Part shown: positions 41,701 through 51,100 of the stretch, piece after piece
How positions within the stretch are numbered: position 1 is the first letter of the stretch
Layout of the letters: every line of letters begins with the position of its first letter
Assembly: GCA_025655575.1 (NCBI GenBank)
Contig: JAHXIP010000009.1
Location: 7,500-71,499, forward strand
Source of the DNA: Candidatus Thiodiazotropha sp. (ex Monitilora ramsayi)
GTDB lineage: Bacteria > Pseudomonadota > Gammaproteobacteria > Chromatiales > Chromatiaceae
Direction of reading: 5' to 3'
DNA length: 64,000 bases
The notes under the pieces: generated by a model
Seen by the model: only the letters and a program-made list of their open reading frames with translations
Database searches by the model: none
What the model was told of the DNA's origin: nothing
Translations under genes and position numbers: made by a program

Positions 41701-42608
41701 CTGCCTTGTGCCAACTGGTCTTCTGAGGGCAATACCTGATCCAGGTTATAAGCCTCTTTGACCTGCCGTACCTGTTCGTCATCACTCTGCGCGCGGGCGA
41801 TATAGTAGAGTAAATTCTTCAGCAGGGCGGAGGACTGATCCTGCTGGATAGCATGTTCACCGCCATCGATGATCATCTTCAGCTTTCGGTCGATACGACT
41901 GAAAAGCTGTTTGACCGCGATGCCCGGTGCGATAGTCTTTTCCATGAGCCCGTGCATAAGGGCGCCTGCCACCCAGAAGAGCCGGTGCACTTGCTCTGTG
42001 CCCGCACTCTGCTGTATGGAATCGAAGACCTCTACCAACAGAGGCCAGGCCTGCTCAGTATCCCGCTGACGGTACCAGCCCAGCAGGCCGAGATGAAACT
42101 TTTGACGAATCTGCTTAACCAGCTCAGGCAGCGTCTCGTTTGGCTCACCCGTTATACGACCTGTACCACGGCCAGCCTCGATTTCAGGTTTGAAAAGTGC
42201 CGCTTCCGAGAGAAGAGGCGCATCCCTCACAGCACGCAGGTCATTGAGTAATGGCAGGATGATCAGTGGAATATCCGCATCACCGCCTTGTAATTTCTCA
42301 AGATAATCCGGCAGCTGGATCAGGGCCAGCATTAAGGCCTCTGCGGCGTCTTCCTGCTGGCGTACGCTCCCGTCCTGCATGTCGCGGACAACCAGCTCCA
42401 TCTCCTCAGCCAACATGCTCGGACCATACACCTGCACCATCTGCAGGACCCTGGCAATCTGGTGAAGATGATCACCACAGCTCTGTAGCGCACCGACGTC
42501 ATTAGCCGACTCTACATATGCCTCAAGGGACTGACGGGCTTGGCGGATGGAGACATCAAGCTCATCCTTAACCCAATTCAGTGCACCAAAATCTTGGGCA
42601 TTTGTCAT
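35712..42608 (-). CDS. chpA: Chemosensory kinase ChpA (multi-Hpt, CheA kinase, CheW, REC)
   Basis: Five canonical HTL(K/R)GS Hpt motifs plus degenerate N-terminal ones, RNSVSHGIE, ISGRGVGLDVV, CheW domain, C-terminal REC (LLDIEMP). Confidence 0.95.
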   Translation of the reverse strand: MTNAQDFGALNWVKDELDVSIRQARQSLEAYVESANDVGALQSCGDHLHQIARVLQMVQVYGPSMLAEEMELVVRDMQDGSVRQQEDAAEALMLALIQLPDYLEKLQGGDADIPLIILPLLNDLRAVRDAPLLSEAALFKPEIEAGRGTGRITGEPNETLPELVKQIRQKFHLGLLGWYRQRDTEQAWPLLVEVFDSIQQSAGTEQVHRLFWVAGALMHGLMEKTIAPGIAVKQLFSRIDRKLKMIIDGGEHAIQQDQSSALLKNLLYYIARAQSDDEQVRQVKEAYNLDQVLPSEDQLAQGRQGLSGSNAELAESIRDAVSIELTRIKDILDLFMRDEKADMEMLAHLEAPIRKLADTLGMIGQGALRSRLNRQADKVKGFVDKGSMPEEFELMEMAGDILFVESSLSTLHTAQPTQELAAEDGWGLDMPEGELENLIKQTVREAKVDIAKAKEVIIGYTEATDDASVLVSVRDGFKRVEGALRMLNLSDAADIMMQTGSFVQSQLIEQNEPPQRHQLNYLADVISSLEYYLETLVDGAGDRQEILSIASASLSNLLSEGGEVTEYTEPAEVIDLSGSADQTEGIELDEEAVSDLEFGESSLHFDTPELPDEVTFEAETTEAAEPPAAPDSQVEEMPTASVDKPALEEIDPEILEIFIEEAREELQTIQQRFPQWRQNQQDEDALTTIRRSFHTLKGSGRLVGAKTIGELAWSVENMLNRMIEGTISASPQMMNLLDSVSDALPELIDCQEQGIVPTIDVSRLEQDAFALADGKTLEEEPTTSPAPLPVEEALPAESAEVVELTVDEAQPESATPSSISLDESETLVEMELPVEIEDQPLPHEIESDDELSLNIDTELSGFSLLSEDSVDSSETGGAEKADSQTEVNDWQDLDDSELDIEVDSELLSIFAEESETHLQEIETFLQLATGTEPPIQVSEEVARACHTLRGSANMAGIMPIARLAETMESYTRILHEQQHLAEAPVTDLLNSGVSCIRELLVWLPGDTLPEPPFETCLDRMQRALADLDEESQDILESTDTEQSTVPEVILLPETDGESIPANDEAEDTPWDLSDLQESIELTGESEAVSEGATYSAPVSADDDALFELDEDQELIEIFVEESRELLETLDQDFEKWSVSPDDGAITDDIKRTLHTLKGSSRLAGVMPVGELSHALETLFNRLTSGELSFTQPLKSVVREALDRLASQTDQTAVTGQVAQADDLLERIEQIGQAEEGQETPDEDTIDPLLQQELEETEETAVELPAADDETPSDYYEEPLSFIHEGDLYEFEGDPELVEIFIEESRELLGVLDESHAAWSGNLADHGPLDEMQRALHTLKGSSRLAGIEPVGDLSHALESLLSGISVVKLEPSEAVLNASREALDLLATQTDAAEGSGGIPVADELIQRLESLLHSPAMEQEETFDPHLQEELDESTSPADDAHNEVEPPAITSDESLNIADDVLALDDSEAELSDEADDSFVVMEEDILLDVGEDEELVQIFVEEAKDFVEQIETHFQAWMEQIEDLSLIEGVQRNLHTLKGSSRLAGIMPVGDLSHAVESLMTALAQEEVDPLPLVTDAARQAIDFLAHQVEMIGSIGKVPASDELVTGLHTLLGGELETAESGMVEAIQVKSESDDSEPVETEPDQADEVSEETERRTADIIPLAPGLEALLGEENKEEKEGFKRSKEQVRVNSELMDRLVNHAGEVSIYRARLEQQNSVLGFNLSELEQTVSRLYTQLRNLEIETEAQILYRWDRDHEKEDLEKTEFDPLEMDRFSTIQQLSRALAETVNDLGNINESLNDLQRETDTLLLQQSRISTDLQDGLLRTRMVPFAQLVPRLQRLVRQTASQLDKKANLECFGIEGELDRGILNRMIPVFEHLLRNSVSHGIERPTDREQAGKQAVGRISLYVDREANDVLITLSDDGKGLDIGAIRRRAIDQGMIDANAEISDDDLIQCVLIPGFSTAKEVTQISGRGVGLDVVTSEVKQLGGSLEIDSQPGRGTSFIIRLPLTLAITDALLMRVGDEVCAIPHGSVDGVVRIRHKELMACYAGEQSGYNYAGKNYKIEYLGRMMGMGQHELPDASRWLPLLLLQTGDHQVALQVDELLGTRQVVVKSLGKQVGSVRWITGGTILADGRVALILDLAALVRMDATHAVGTEAARAGERKRAEDRLRVMVVDDSITVRKVTSRLLERNDMDVITAKDGVEAVTMLQEQVPDIMLLDIEMPRMDGFELARHINNSVDYYGLPIIMISSRVGDKHRKRAFDLGVKRCLGKPYQESDLLDSINEVLAETRQ

Positions 42609-42687
42609 ACAGGTGCTCTCCAGGCCAAAGATGGATATGGGTTTGACACTTGCTGATGTCGGTTGGACATAAGCCTCGCTCAGTTTC

Positions 42688-44727
42688 CTACGAAGGCAGG
42701 CGGAAGCCGGCTACCGACTTCTGCAACTGGTCAGAGAGATCAGCCAGGGCACCGATGGAGTTCGCCGTCTGATGAGTACCCTCAGAGGTCTGATGGGTGA
42801 TCTCCTGAATGACGCTCATGGTGTCTTTGACATTGACCGCCTCTTCAGACTGTTTCTGCGCAGACTGGGCAATCTTGCCGGTCAGGTCATCGATGTACTG
42901 GGATACATTCTCAATTTCTTTCAGGGCTTCACCGGCGTCTTCCGCAAATTTGGCGCCCTTCACCACACCGGATGTACTCGCTTCCATGGAGGTGACCGCT
43001 TCGTTGGTATCGGCCTGGATTGTCTTTACCAGCGCCTCAATCTGTTTGGTGGCGTTGATGGAACGCTCAGCGAGGCGTTGCACTTCGTCAGCAACCACCG
43101 CGAAACCACGTCCCGCCTCACCGGCCATGGCGGCCTGCATGGCTGCGTTAAGGGCGAGGATATTGGTCTGGTCGGCAATATCGTCGATCAACTCAACAAT
43201 GTCACCAATCTCCTGGGAACTCTCACCCAGGCGCTTGATACGCTTGGAAGTCTCCTGGATCTGTTCGCGGATATCGTCCATGCCGGCGATGGTGTTGCGT
43301 ACAGTTTCCGCACCGGTACTGGCAATTTCTACTGAGCGCCTCGCTACCTCAGCTGACTCAGTAGCATCCTGTGACATTTGATCAATGACGCCTGTCATCT
43401 CTTTGATCGACTCATTCGCCTGGGTTATCTGCTCCGCCTGATGCTCACTCGCTTCCGCCAGATGCATAGCCGTTGCACGACTCTCCTGGGTCGCACCGGA
43501 TACCTGCTCCGAGGTCTGGTTAATCGTAGTTACCAGCTCACGCAAGGCCTCGATCGCGTAGTTGATGGAATCAGCAATCGCACCGGTGATGTCCTCGGTT
43601 ACACTGGCAGACACGGTCAAGTCACCATCAGCCAAATCACCCATCTCATCCAGCAACTGCAGAATGGCCTTCTGGTTGTTTTCGTTTTGCTGCTTACTCG
43701 CTTGCTCACGGCGTTGTGCGTCAACGATCAACTGCCCACCGAGGAGCACGAGAAAAATTGCGGCGGCAGCACCGAAAACAGCAATCATGATAGGGCCGGC
43801 TTTGATGCCCAAAATAGCGAAGCGCCCCGGTGATTCACCAAACGCCGAGATCAGTGCCTCAGCGGAATCACTGGTAGCATCGGAAGAGGTATTAACCGTG
43901 GATGCAGCTTCCAGTGCCGGTAAAACATCGGGAATGTTTGAGATGATCTCAGCTGCATTGTCCTGGATAGTACTGAAAAGAGTGGTCACGTCTTGCAGTC
44001 GTTGCCTGGCGATCTTGTCGGTCACTTTCTGAATGCCCAGATCTTTGTCACCCGACTTCAATCCCTCAAGTACACGTCCAAACAGATCCGCGTCTCGGCT
44101 AAATTGATCGATAGCTGCTGCAGTCTTCTGGCCACCCTCGAGCACCTGATTAACATTGGAATTAATACGCTGGATCAACATCTCCTGCTCAGCTGTGGTA
44201 AACACCTGACGGCTGGGTGCACGACTGTTGATCAAGACCTCTGCCAACTCTGACAAGAGTTCCTGCATCTGCGGCACAAACTCTGAAATCACGGCGGAGA
44301 ACTCACCAATGGCTAGAATGTTCTCCTGAGACTTGATGATTTCGTCGATATTTTGGCGCAACTCCAGCCACTTGTTTTCCAGATCCCGAACAGCGGGCAT
44401 CACATCATTGGGTGCAGTAGGCAGGTCATCCTTTTTCGCCCCATTCTTCAACTCCCACATAATGGTTTCGAAGCGGTCGCGGGTCTGTTGCAGGGTCGAA
44501 AACGACTGCATTTCACCACGCGCTGACGAGAGGGCGTATTTAGCGATCCGTTGCGCCAATACCTGCTGTTCAGCGACACGAATCAGATATTGTTCATCGT
44601 AGGATTCACGCTTGGTTGTGTGCAGAAAAGTCACCAGTGCCAAGATCAGACTCACCAGAACCAGCACAGCCAGTGTAGTAATGACTTTATTTGAGGGCAG
44701 TGCACCACCCACGCCTTTACCTTTCAT
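42688..44727 (-). CDS. pilJ: Methyl-accepting chemotaxis protein PilJ
   Basis: Two TMs, periplasmic PilJ domains, [35 protein letters not shown]. Confidence 0.93.
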   Translation of the reverse strand: MKGKGVGGALPSNKVITTLAVLVLVSLILALVTFLHTTKRESYDEQYLIRVAEQQVLAQRIAKYALSSARGEMQSFSTLQQTRDRFETIMWELKNGAKKDDLPTAPNDVMPAVRDLENKWLELRQNIDEIIKSQENILAIGEFSAVISEFVPQMQELLSELAEVLINSRAPSRQVFTTAEQEMLIQRINSNVNQVLEGGQKTAAAIDQFSRDADLFGRVLEGLKSGDKDLGIQKVTDKIARQRLQDVTTLFSTIQDNAAEIISNIPDVLPALEAASTVNTSSDATSDSAEALISAFGESPGRFAILGIKAGPIMIAVFGAAAAIFLVLLGGQLIVDAQRREQASKQQNENNQKAILQLLDEMGDLADGDLTVSASVTEDITGAIADSINYAIEALRELVTTINQTSEQVSGATQESRATAMHLAEASEHQAEQITQANESIKEMTGVIDQMSQDATESAEVARRSVEIASTGAETVRNTIAGMDDIREQIQETSKRIKRLGESSQEIGDIVELIDDIADQTNILALNAAMQAAMAGEAGRGFAVVADEVQRLAERSINATKQIEALVKTIQADTNEAVTSMEASTSGVVKGAKFAEDAGEALKEIENVSQYIDDLTGKIAQSAQKQSEEAVNVKDTMSVIQEITHQTSEGTHQTANSIGALADLSDQLQKSVAGFRLPS

Positions 44728-44775
44728 TCTTCTTTCTCCCGAAAGCTTAAGCTCATTTCCCGAATCTCTTACCTA

Positions 44776-45345
44776 TTAAACTGCGGCAATTCGAAACGCC
44801 GGATCCTCCGCCAATGCGGAGAGGCTAAATACCGGCCAAGTCATACCGTCCTGATCAAACTCGAGCTTTACGTATTTCTCGAATTTGCTATTCGTGGTTG
44901 ACATCTCCCTTGCTGTCTCTTTAGCAAAGTGACGCATGCCCACCATTTCACCCACCAATACACTTGTGTAACCGTCTCCCAAATCAAATACCAGAACACG
45001 ACTACGCCGTCCGCGCCGGGTTTTTCTACCGATAAGAAACAATTGCAGATCGATAACGGGAATCAGCGTGCCGCGTACGTTAGCGACGCCAAGCATCCAG
45101 GGTTTCGTTCCTGGAACCGGCGTGAGAACTGAGGGGTAGTTGAGAATCTCTTTTACTGCACTCAGAGGCGCGACGAAGCGGTTGTCGCCAACGTAGAACA
45201 TCACGCCTTCCCAGAAACTCTGAATCAGTTCCTGCTGCGGTAAACCTGCAGCACGGTTTCTGCTGCGTGTTTCCAGTTCGGACAGCAGCGCAACGATGGC
45301 GTGCGGTGTATCGAGCACAGCCATTTGCAGGTTCTGCTCACTCAT
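44776..45345 (-). CDS. pilI: CheW-like protein PilI
   Basis: LTPVPGTKPWMLGVANVRG; located between pilH and pilJ. Confidence 0.88.
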   Translation of the reverse strand: MSEQNLQMAVLDTPHAIVALLSELETRSRNRAAGLPQQELIQSFWEGVMFYVGDNRFVAPLSAVKEILNYPSVLTPVPGTKPWMLGVANVRGTLIPVIDLQLFLIGRKTRRGRRSRVLVFDLGDGYTSVLVGEMVGMRHFAKETAREMSTTNSKFEKYVKLEFDQDGMTWPVFSLSALAEDPAFRIAAV

Positions 45346-45775
45346 TCAACAGTGCCTTGATTTTGTACAGCAACTCCGCAGGGGCTACCGGCTTAACCAG
45401 GTACTCATTCGCTCCCTGACGCATGCCCCAGTTAATATCAGTTTTCTGATCTTTGGTGGTCACCATAATCACAGGTATGTCGGCGGTCTCTTCGTTGTTC
45501 TTTAGCTGACGCGTGGCTTGAAAACCGTTCAGCACCGGCATCACAACGTCCATCAAAATGAGATCCGGATGTGTCTCTTTGGCCATATCCACACCTTCAC
45601 GTCCATCCTTAGCAACAACGATGCTATACCCCTGTTTCTCGAGAATTTTTTTGAAGATATGCACTTCGGTAGGTGAGTCATCCACCACCAGAATCGTGCC
45701 GGTCTGCCTGCCGCCCTCATGGACAATCGGCTCTTCAGTACCACTCGCTCCCTTGCGAAACAAATTCTTAATCAT
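45338..45775 (-). CDS. pilH: Response regulator PilH
   Basis: VVDDSPTE, LMDVVMPVLNGFQATR, TTKDQ.TD..WGMRQGA. Confidence 0.9.
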   Translation of the reverse strand: MIKNLFRKGASGTEEPIVHEGGRQTGTILVVDDSPTEVHIFKKILEKQGYSIVVAKDGREGVDMAKETHPDLILMDVVMPVLNGFQATRQLKNNEETADIPVIMVTTKDQKTDINWGMRQGANEYLVKPVAPAELLYKIKALLNE

Positions 45776-45831
45776 CGACTTGGCCCACTCGCTGGTTAGA
45801 GATCATCCGGAATCGTGTCATTAAACACTGT

Positions 45832-46236
45832 TCATGCTGCCCGTTTGACATATCGCCTGATTGCTCCCAATAGCTCATCCTTGGTAAAAGGCTTGGTAAG
45901 GTACTGCTCAGAGCCGACAATACGACCACGCGCCCTATCGAACAGACCGTCTTTACTCGACAGCATGATCACCGGGATACTCTTAAATACTTCATTGTGC
46001 TTAATCAACGCACAGGTCTGATAGCCGTCCAACCTCGGCATCATGATATCGACGAAGATGACATCGGGGTGGTGGTCGGCAATCATAGCCAGCGCTTCGA
46101 AGCCATCCGTCGCCGTAGTCACCTCGCAACCCGCTTTTTTCAGTAGACTTTCCGCCGTTCGTCTGATCGTCTTACTGTCGTCGATCACCATGACTTTGAC
46201 GCCGGAAATATCCATTTCAGTCTCATCAGCACTCAC
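45832..46236 (-). CDS. pilG: Response regulator PilG
   Basis: VMVIDDSKTIRRTAE, FVDIMMPRLDGYQTCALIK, LSSKDGLFDRARGRIVGS. Confidence 0.93.
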   Translation of the reverse strand: MSADETEMDISGVKVMVIDDSKTIRRTAESLLKKAGCEVTTATDGFEALAMIADHHPDVIFVDIMMPRLDGYQTCALIKHNEVFKSIPVIMLSSKDGLFDRARGRIVGSEQYLTKPFTKDELLGAIRRYVKRAA

Positions 46237-46287
46237 GATATACCTCTCTGGTGACTGACAGTTTCATTTTCAACTTCCACGACACAA

Positions 46288-47022
46288 TCACTCTCCTGGT
46301 ATCACGGTAGTCAAGCCCCAAAGCTGCCACATTTGCATACCGCCGCGATAGTAGAAAATACTGTCTGTTGGATAGCCGACTTTTAACAGACCCTTGATCG
46401 CTCTTGGCGATTGACCACATGCAGGGCCATTACACCAAACCACCAACTTCTTGGCGTTGGAAAAATCCCACTTCTCTGTCTTTCTTTCACCATCCATGAA
46501 ACCCATCTCTTCCAACTTGCGTGACATCGCGCTGACATCTACCCGGCGTTTGGCACCGAATAGCTGAAGCGCCTTCTCCATCTCCGGTGAATTTCCATCA
46601 CCGAACTGAGTAAAGGGGATATTGATCGACCCGGGGATCGTGCCACGCTGGAACCATTCTGGAGTTCTGGCATCGATCATGATGCCTTTGTTGTCTCTCA
46701 ATTCATTTTCCATGAAATTGAAGATCTCGATCTCACCCACAGTGGAGACACTGGGATCAACCTGCTCAGGCTGAATACAGAAAGGGGGGCATTTCCGCGC
46801 CGTCTTGGCAAAATACCCTTTGAGTTCGTAATCAGGATCCTGCACCCGTTGAACTTTAACCGAACGGCCCTCATGAATAACGTGAAGGTAGGGCTTATCA
46901 GCTGTCAATCCAATGACATTGCTCTCGCCCACGACAACCTCTTCAGCCCCCGACTGGAAGGCAACGAGTAGTAGAGCGAGACTCAAACTAAGGCTAACGC
47001 CTGGCTTCATGACTTTCCTCAT
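46288..47022 (-). CDS. Exported rhodanese-domain protein
   Basis: Signal peptide, CPPFC, IDAR.PEWF..GTIPGSINIP, WCNGPACGQS loop, YRGGMQ.W. Start uncertain (47031, 47022 or 47010). Confidence 0.85.
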   Translation of the reverse strand: MRKVMKPGVSLSLSLALLLVAFQSGAEEVVVGESNVIGLTADKPYLHVIHEGRSVKVQRVQDPDYELKGYFAKTARKCPPFCIQPEQVDPSVSTVGEIEIFNFMENELRDNKGIMIDARTPEWFQRGTIPGSINIPFTQFGDGNSPEMEKALQLFGAKRRVDVSAMSRKLEEMGFMDGERKTEKWDFSNAKKLVVWCNGPACGQSPRAIKGLLKVGYPTDSIFYYRGGMQMWQLWGLTTVIPGE

Positions 47023-47074
47023 TTTCTGCAACTGGTAATTCCGCTGTTGTCTGTTATCTGTATTTGGACATTAA

Positions 47075-47503
47075 TCACTGGTGTAAAAACCTGTCCATAA
47101 TCATTTTTCGCACCTCATCGATAGAGGCGCCATCGCTATATACCTGAAAAACCTCTTCACGGGTGCGTCTGGGTAATTTCTGGTAGAAGGTATAGCTTCC
47201 CTGATAGCTTGCCTTCAGATCCTCCTCAAAGGCTTGTAAATCAAGCCCCCCGTCATCCTTTGTAGGTTGCACATCTGGCGTATCAAGAGTCGGCTGCTCA
47301 GTAGAGTCCACTTTTGAGGCCTCGCTTGAAATAGCTGACAAATAGGGATCCTCTTCCGCCACCACATTCATTGGGAGGATGGCAGTGGACATAAAAATCC
47401 AGCTCATGCATCTAAACCCGAATTGAATCACGTGGTTAAGACGAGAAGGTCGTACCTGCATAGCACCATACCTCTGGTCGATTGGGTCAATTAAGCGTGC
47501 CAT
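47075..47503 (-). CDS. Hypothetical, probably exported small protein
   Basis: Co-oriented with the rhodanese/pil run; acidic mature part. True start is probably downstream of 47503. Confidence 0.6.
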   Translation of the reverse strand: MARLIDPIDQRYGAMQVRPSRLNHVIQFGFRCMSWIFMSTAILPMNVVAEEDPYLSAISSEASKVDSTEQPTLDTPDVQPTKDDGGLDLQAFEEDLKASYQGSYTFYQKLPRRTREEVFQVYSDGASIDEVRKMIMDRFLHQ

Positions 47504-47730
47504 TCAGACATCATCCCATATGCCGAGGCGAAAAATATGTCCGCGTACTTTGGGTCAATCCAATAACCACATAAAACTCTCCCAAAATAGCAAGAGAGCC
47601 CTCCATCATCAAGAATACACTTCCCATTTTTCATCTTAATCATTGGTGCTAAAGGCAAACCTATCCATCTGTAAGCCCTTTTAGCGGCATTTGGCGGAAA
47701 AACTTAACTCTGTTTTTTTTCCCAAGTAAG

Positions 47731-48690
47731 ATGGCAATCATGAGTATTAATATCGGCGTAGTGATGGACCCAATCGGCACCATCAAGACACACAAGGACA
47801 GCACCTTTGCCATGCTGCTTGCAGCACAGGCAAGGGGTTGGACACTCCATTATATGGAACAGCAGGACCTCAGCCTCAGAGATGGAACCTGTTTCGCTCG
47901 AACCCGGGAACTCCGGGTTGAGGACAATAAAGCAGATTGGTATAGATTTGGCGCATCCCGCCGGATGGCACTCCATGAGCTGGATAGCGTCCTGATGCGT
48001 AAAGATCCTCCCTTCGACATGGAGTACATCTATACAACCTATCTCCTGGAACAGGCTGAATCCAGAGGCTGCCTGGTGGTCAACCGACCAAGCAGCCTGC
48101 GTGACGCCAATGAAAAGCTCTTCACCGCCCTCTTCCCAACATGCACGCCGCCTACGATGGTGACACGACGTGCCGAAGAGATCCGCGCATTTCATGCTGA
48201 ACATGGCGATATCATTCTCAAACCACTGGGAGGCATGGGTGGCGCATCAGTCTTCCGCGTACCGCCTCAAGACCCTAACCTGGGCGTTATCATAGAGACT
48301 CTGACTCAGCACGGCACCACATACACCATGGCGCAGCGGTTCATTCCTGAGATCACCAAGGGGGACAAACGTATTCTAATGATAGATGGTGAACCCGTCC
48401 CATATGCCCTGGCCAGGATACCGGCAGAGGGAGAGACCCGGGGAAACCTGGCGGCAGGGGGCCGTGGGGAGGGCGTTCCTCTAAGCGAGCGTGATCACTG
48501 GATAGCTGCCCAAGTAGGCCCTGAGCTGAAAGCCCGTGGCATCCTGTTCGCAGGACTCGACGTGATCGGTGATTATCTCACCGAGATCAATGTCACCAGT
48601 CCGACCTGTATCCGCGAACTTGATGCCCAATTCGACCTGGATATCGCTGGCGACCTGATGGATGTCATCGGCGCCAAACTCACTTCATGA
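47731..48690 (+). CDS. gshB: Glutathione synthetase
   Basis: VVMDPI, KDSTFAM, MRKDPPFD, NEKLF, KPLGGMGG, RGNLAAGG, EINVTSPT. Confidence 0.97.
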   Translation: MAIMSINIGVVMDPIGTIKTHKDSTFAMLLAAQARGWTLHYMEQQDLSLRDGTCFARTRELRVEDNKADWYRFGASRRMALHELDSVLMRKDPPFDMEYIYTTYLLEQAESRGCLVVNRPSSLRDANEKLFTALFPTCTPPTMVTRRAEEIRAFHAEHGDIILKPLGGMGGASVFRVPPQDPNLGVIIETLTQHGTTYTMAQRFIPEITKGDKRILMIDGEPVPYALARIPAEGETRGNLAAGGRGEGVPLSERDHWIAAQVGPELKARGILFAGLDVIGDYLTEINVTSPTCIRELDAQFDLDIAGDLMDVIGAKLTS

Positions 48691-49538
48691 ATACAATCGG
48701 CCAACAACCTGACCGTCTCGGCGTGACACTACTGGTGGCGGCGGCATTCCATGCCTTTGTCATTCTCGGTATTACCTTCAAGCCATTCGACAGAGGCCGT
48801 CCCGATTTTCGCCAACAGAGCCTTGAAATCATGGTCGTCAACCAACCGGCCGAACCCCTGCCGGAAGATGAAAAACCCGATTTCCTCGCACAAACCAGCC
48901 AACAGGGCAGTGGGGAGGAGAGAGAGCCGGTGAAACCTCAGCTCGAACAGATACCGGAGCCCATGCCGTTACCGCAACAGATCCAGCCCTCGCCGCCGCA
49001 ACCGCCTAAAAAGGAGAGCCCCCGACTTACCACCCAGATCTCTCCTGTAAAGACAGAAATCGAACCACCGCCTGAGATAGCGACTCAACCCAGCGCCAGT
49101 CAGCTGCTGGCCAGCAAAAACATGGAGATTGCGAGACTTACCGCTGAACTGCAACGCAAGACCCAAGCCTATGCCAAGATGCCCAAGCGGAAAGCCATCA
49201 GCGCCAGCACCAAAGAGTACAAGTACGCGGCCTACCTTGATGCCTGGCGCCGAAAGGTGGAGCGTATCGGCAACCTCAACTACCCAGATCAGGCCAAACG
49301 GGACAGGCTCTACGGCAATCTCGTGCTGCACGTGGCAGTTAAGGCCGACGGCAGTGTGGAGCGTATTCGGGTGCTGCACTCCTCGGGGCATAAGATCCTC
49401 GACGATGCTGCCATGCGGATCGTGCGCATGTCGGCCCCTTTCTCCCCATTCCCGGTAGAGATCAGCAAAGAGACCGATATTTTGGACATCACACGCACCT
49501 GGCAGTTTCTGCGTAGCGGCCGGCTCGGTTCCGAATGA
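48687..49538 (+). CDS. TonB-family energy transducer
   Basis: N-terminal TM with a His, Pro-rich linker, C-terminal TonB domain (NYP..AK, SSG..ILD.AA, PF.PFP). Confidence 0.85.
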   Translation: MNTIGQQPDRLGVTLLVAAAFHAFVILGITFKPFDRGRPDFRQQSLEIMVVNQPAEPLPEDEKPDFLAQTSQQGSGEEREPVKPQLEQIPEPMPLPQQIQPSPPQPPKKESPRLTTQISPVKTEIEPPPEIATQPSASQLLASKNMEIARLTAELQRKTQAYAKMPKRKAISASTKEYKYAAYLDAWRRKVERIGNLNYPDQAKRDRLYGNLVLHVAVKADGSVERIRVLHSSGHKILDDAAMRIVRMSAPFSPFPVEISKETDILDITRTWQFLRSGRLGSE

Positions 49539-49586
49539 GTGCAAACGGCTGTTGCAGCCGTCCGCTTGCGGTTGGATACTATAGCC

Positions 49587-50150
49587 ATGCCTTCTGAGAC
49601 CAACTTAACCAATCACTTTCTCATTGCCATGCCAGGCCTTGAGGACCCCAACTTTTTCCACACCGTCACCTATATCTGTGAACACACCAGTGATGGCGCC
49701 ATGGGGATTGTCATTAACCGCCCGATGGATCTGCATCTGGCAGATATCTTCGAACAACTGGAGATTAAGATATCTTCTACCAAAATCTCTGAACAGCTCG
49801 TCTACCTGGGCGGACCGGTGCAGAGTGATCGCGGTTTTGTCTTGCACGACTCCTCCACGGAGTGGAACAGCACCCTGAAAATCACATCGGAAATCAGTGT
49901 CACAACCTCACTGGACATCCTGGAGGCCATCGCCACGGACAAAGGGCCCGCTGAAAACCTGATTGCCCTCGGCTATGCCGGCTGGGGTGCGGGGCAGCTC
50001 GAAAGTGAGCTGGCACAAAATGCCTGGCTCAGCGGTCCGGCAAAAAGCGATATCATATTCAATCGATCCAGTCAGGAGCGCTGGCAGGCGGCAGCCGATC
50101 TACTGGGTGTAGACCTCAACCTGCTCAGTAGCGACACCGGACACGCTTAG
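49587..50150 (+). CDS. yqgE: YqgE/AlgH family protein
   Basis: FLIAMP, GAMGIVINRP, GGPVQ.DRGFVLH, LGYAGWGAGQLE.E. Start at MPSETNL. Confidence 0.93.
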   Translation: MPSETNLTNHFLIAMPGLEDPNFFHTVTYICEHTSDGAMGIVINRPMDLHLADIFEQLEIKISSTKISEQLVYLGGPVQSDRGFVLHDSSTEWNSTLKITSEISVTTSLDILEAIATDKGPAENLIALGYAGWGAGQLESELAQNAWLSGPAKSDIIFNRSSQERWQAAADLLGVDLNLLSSDTGHA

Positions 50151-50548
50151 TGGGAACGTTATTGGGCTTCGACTACGGCACACGAAAGATAGGGGTGGCA
50201 GTGGGACAGACCCTGACCGGCACGGCTACACCTCTGGAGACACTGCTACCGGTTAACCACAAGCCTGACTGGGCACGTATCACGGCGCTGATCGAGGAGT
50301 GGCAACCCGAGGCGCTGGTGGTTGGATTGCCGCTGGATGTGGATGACAGTCAAACAGACGCCACCGAACCCGCCAGACGTTTTTCACGTCAACTGGCAGG
50401 ACGGTTTCAACTCAAGGTACATTTGGCAGATGAGCGATTTACCTCATTTGAGGCCAGGGACAGGCTGGGACACAAGGCAAAGCGGATTGAAGCATATGAT
50501 GCCGTAGCGGCTAAACTGATTCTGGAAACCTGGTTAGATGAACAGTAA
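50150..50548 (+). CDS. yqgF: YqgF/RuvX pre-16S rRNA maturation nuclease
   Basis: LGFDYGTRKIGVAVG, VVGLP, DERFTS, DAVAAKLILE. Confidence 0.93.
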   Translation: MGTLLGFDYGTRKIGVAVGQTLTGTATPLETLLPVNHKPDWARITALIEEWQPEALVVGLPLDVDDSQTDATEPARRFSRQLAGRFQLKVHLADERFTSFEARDRLGHKAKRIEAYDAVAAKLILETWLDEQ

Positions 50549-51095
50549 CACGAAGAATTTTATGGATACCGAGGCTGTGGAGTCGCTGATCGACGTCATG
50601 GCGGGTAAGATCTGGACCCTGTTGAACGAGCGGGGTATCAGCGACCCACTGATGGTCGGCATCCGTACCGGCGGGGTTTGGCTGGCCGAGCTATTACACC
50701 AGGAACTCGGACTGAAGGAGCCCCTAGGAACCCTCGACATCTCTTTCTACCGGGACGATTTCACCCGTATCGGCATGAATCCCGAAGTCCACCCTTCCGA
50801 TCTGCCGATACCGGTTGACGACCGCCATATTGTGCTGGTTGACGATGTCCTGCACACCGGGCGGACCATCCGTGCCGCCCTCAATGAGATCTTCGACTAC
50901 GGCAGGCCCTCCTCGATCATCCTTGCCACCCTGGTCGATCGTCCAGGACGGGAATTACCTATCCAACCGGATGTTGTAGGCCTCCACCCAGTCCTTGAAC
51001 CCGATCAACACATCACCCTGATTGGACCCGATCCATTGGGCCTGGTCATCGGCACCAACACCAATCGCAGTTCCCGTAATCTTGAGCAAGAGTAG
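50538..51095 (+). CDS. pyrR: PyrR pyrimidine regulatory protein/UPRTase
   Basis: [39 protein letters not shown]. Confidence 0.93.
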   Translation: MNSNTKNFMDTEAVESLIDVMAGKIWTLLNERGISDPLMVGIRTGGVWLAELLHQELGLKEPLGTLDISFYRDDFTRIGMNPEVHPSDLPIPVDDRHIVLVDDVLHTGRTIRAALNEIFDYGRPSSIILATLVDRPGRELPIQPDVVGLHPVLEPDQHITLIGPDPLGLVIGTNTNRSSRNLEQE

Positions 51096-51100
51096 GACGG

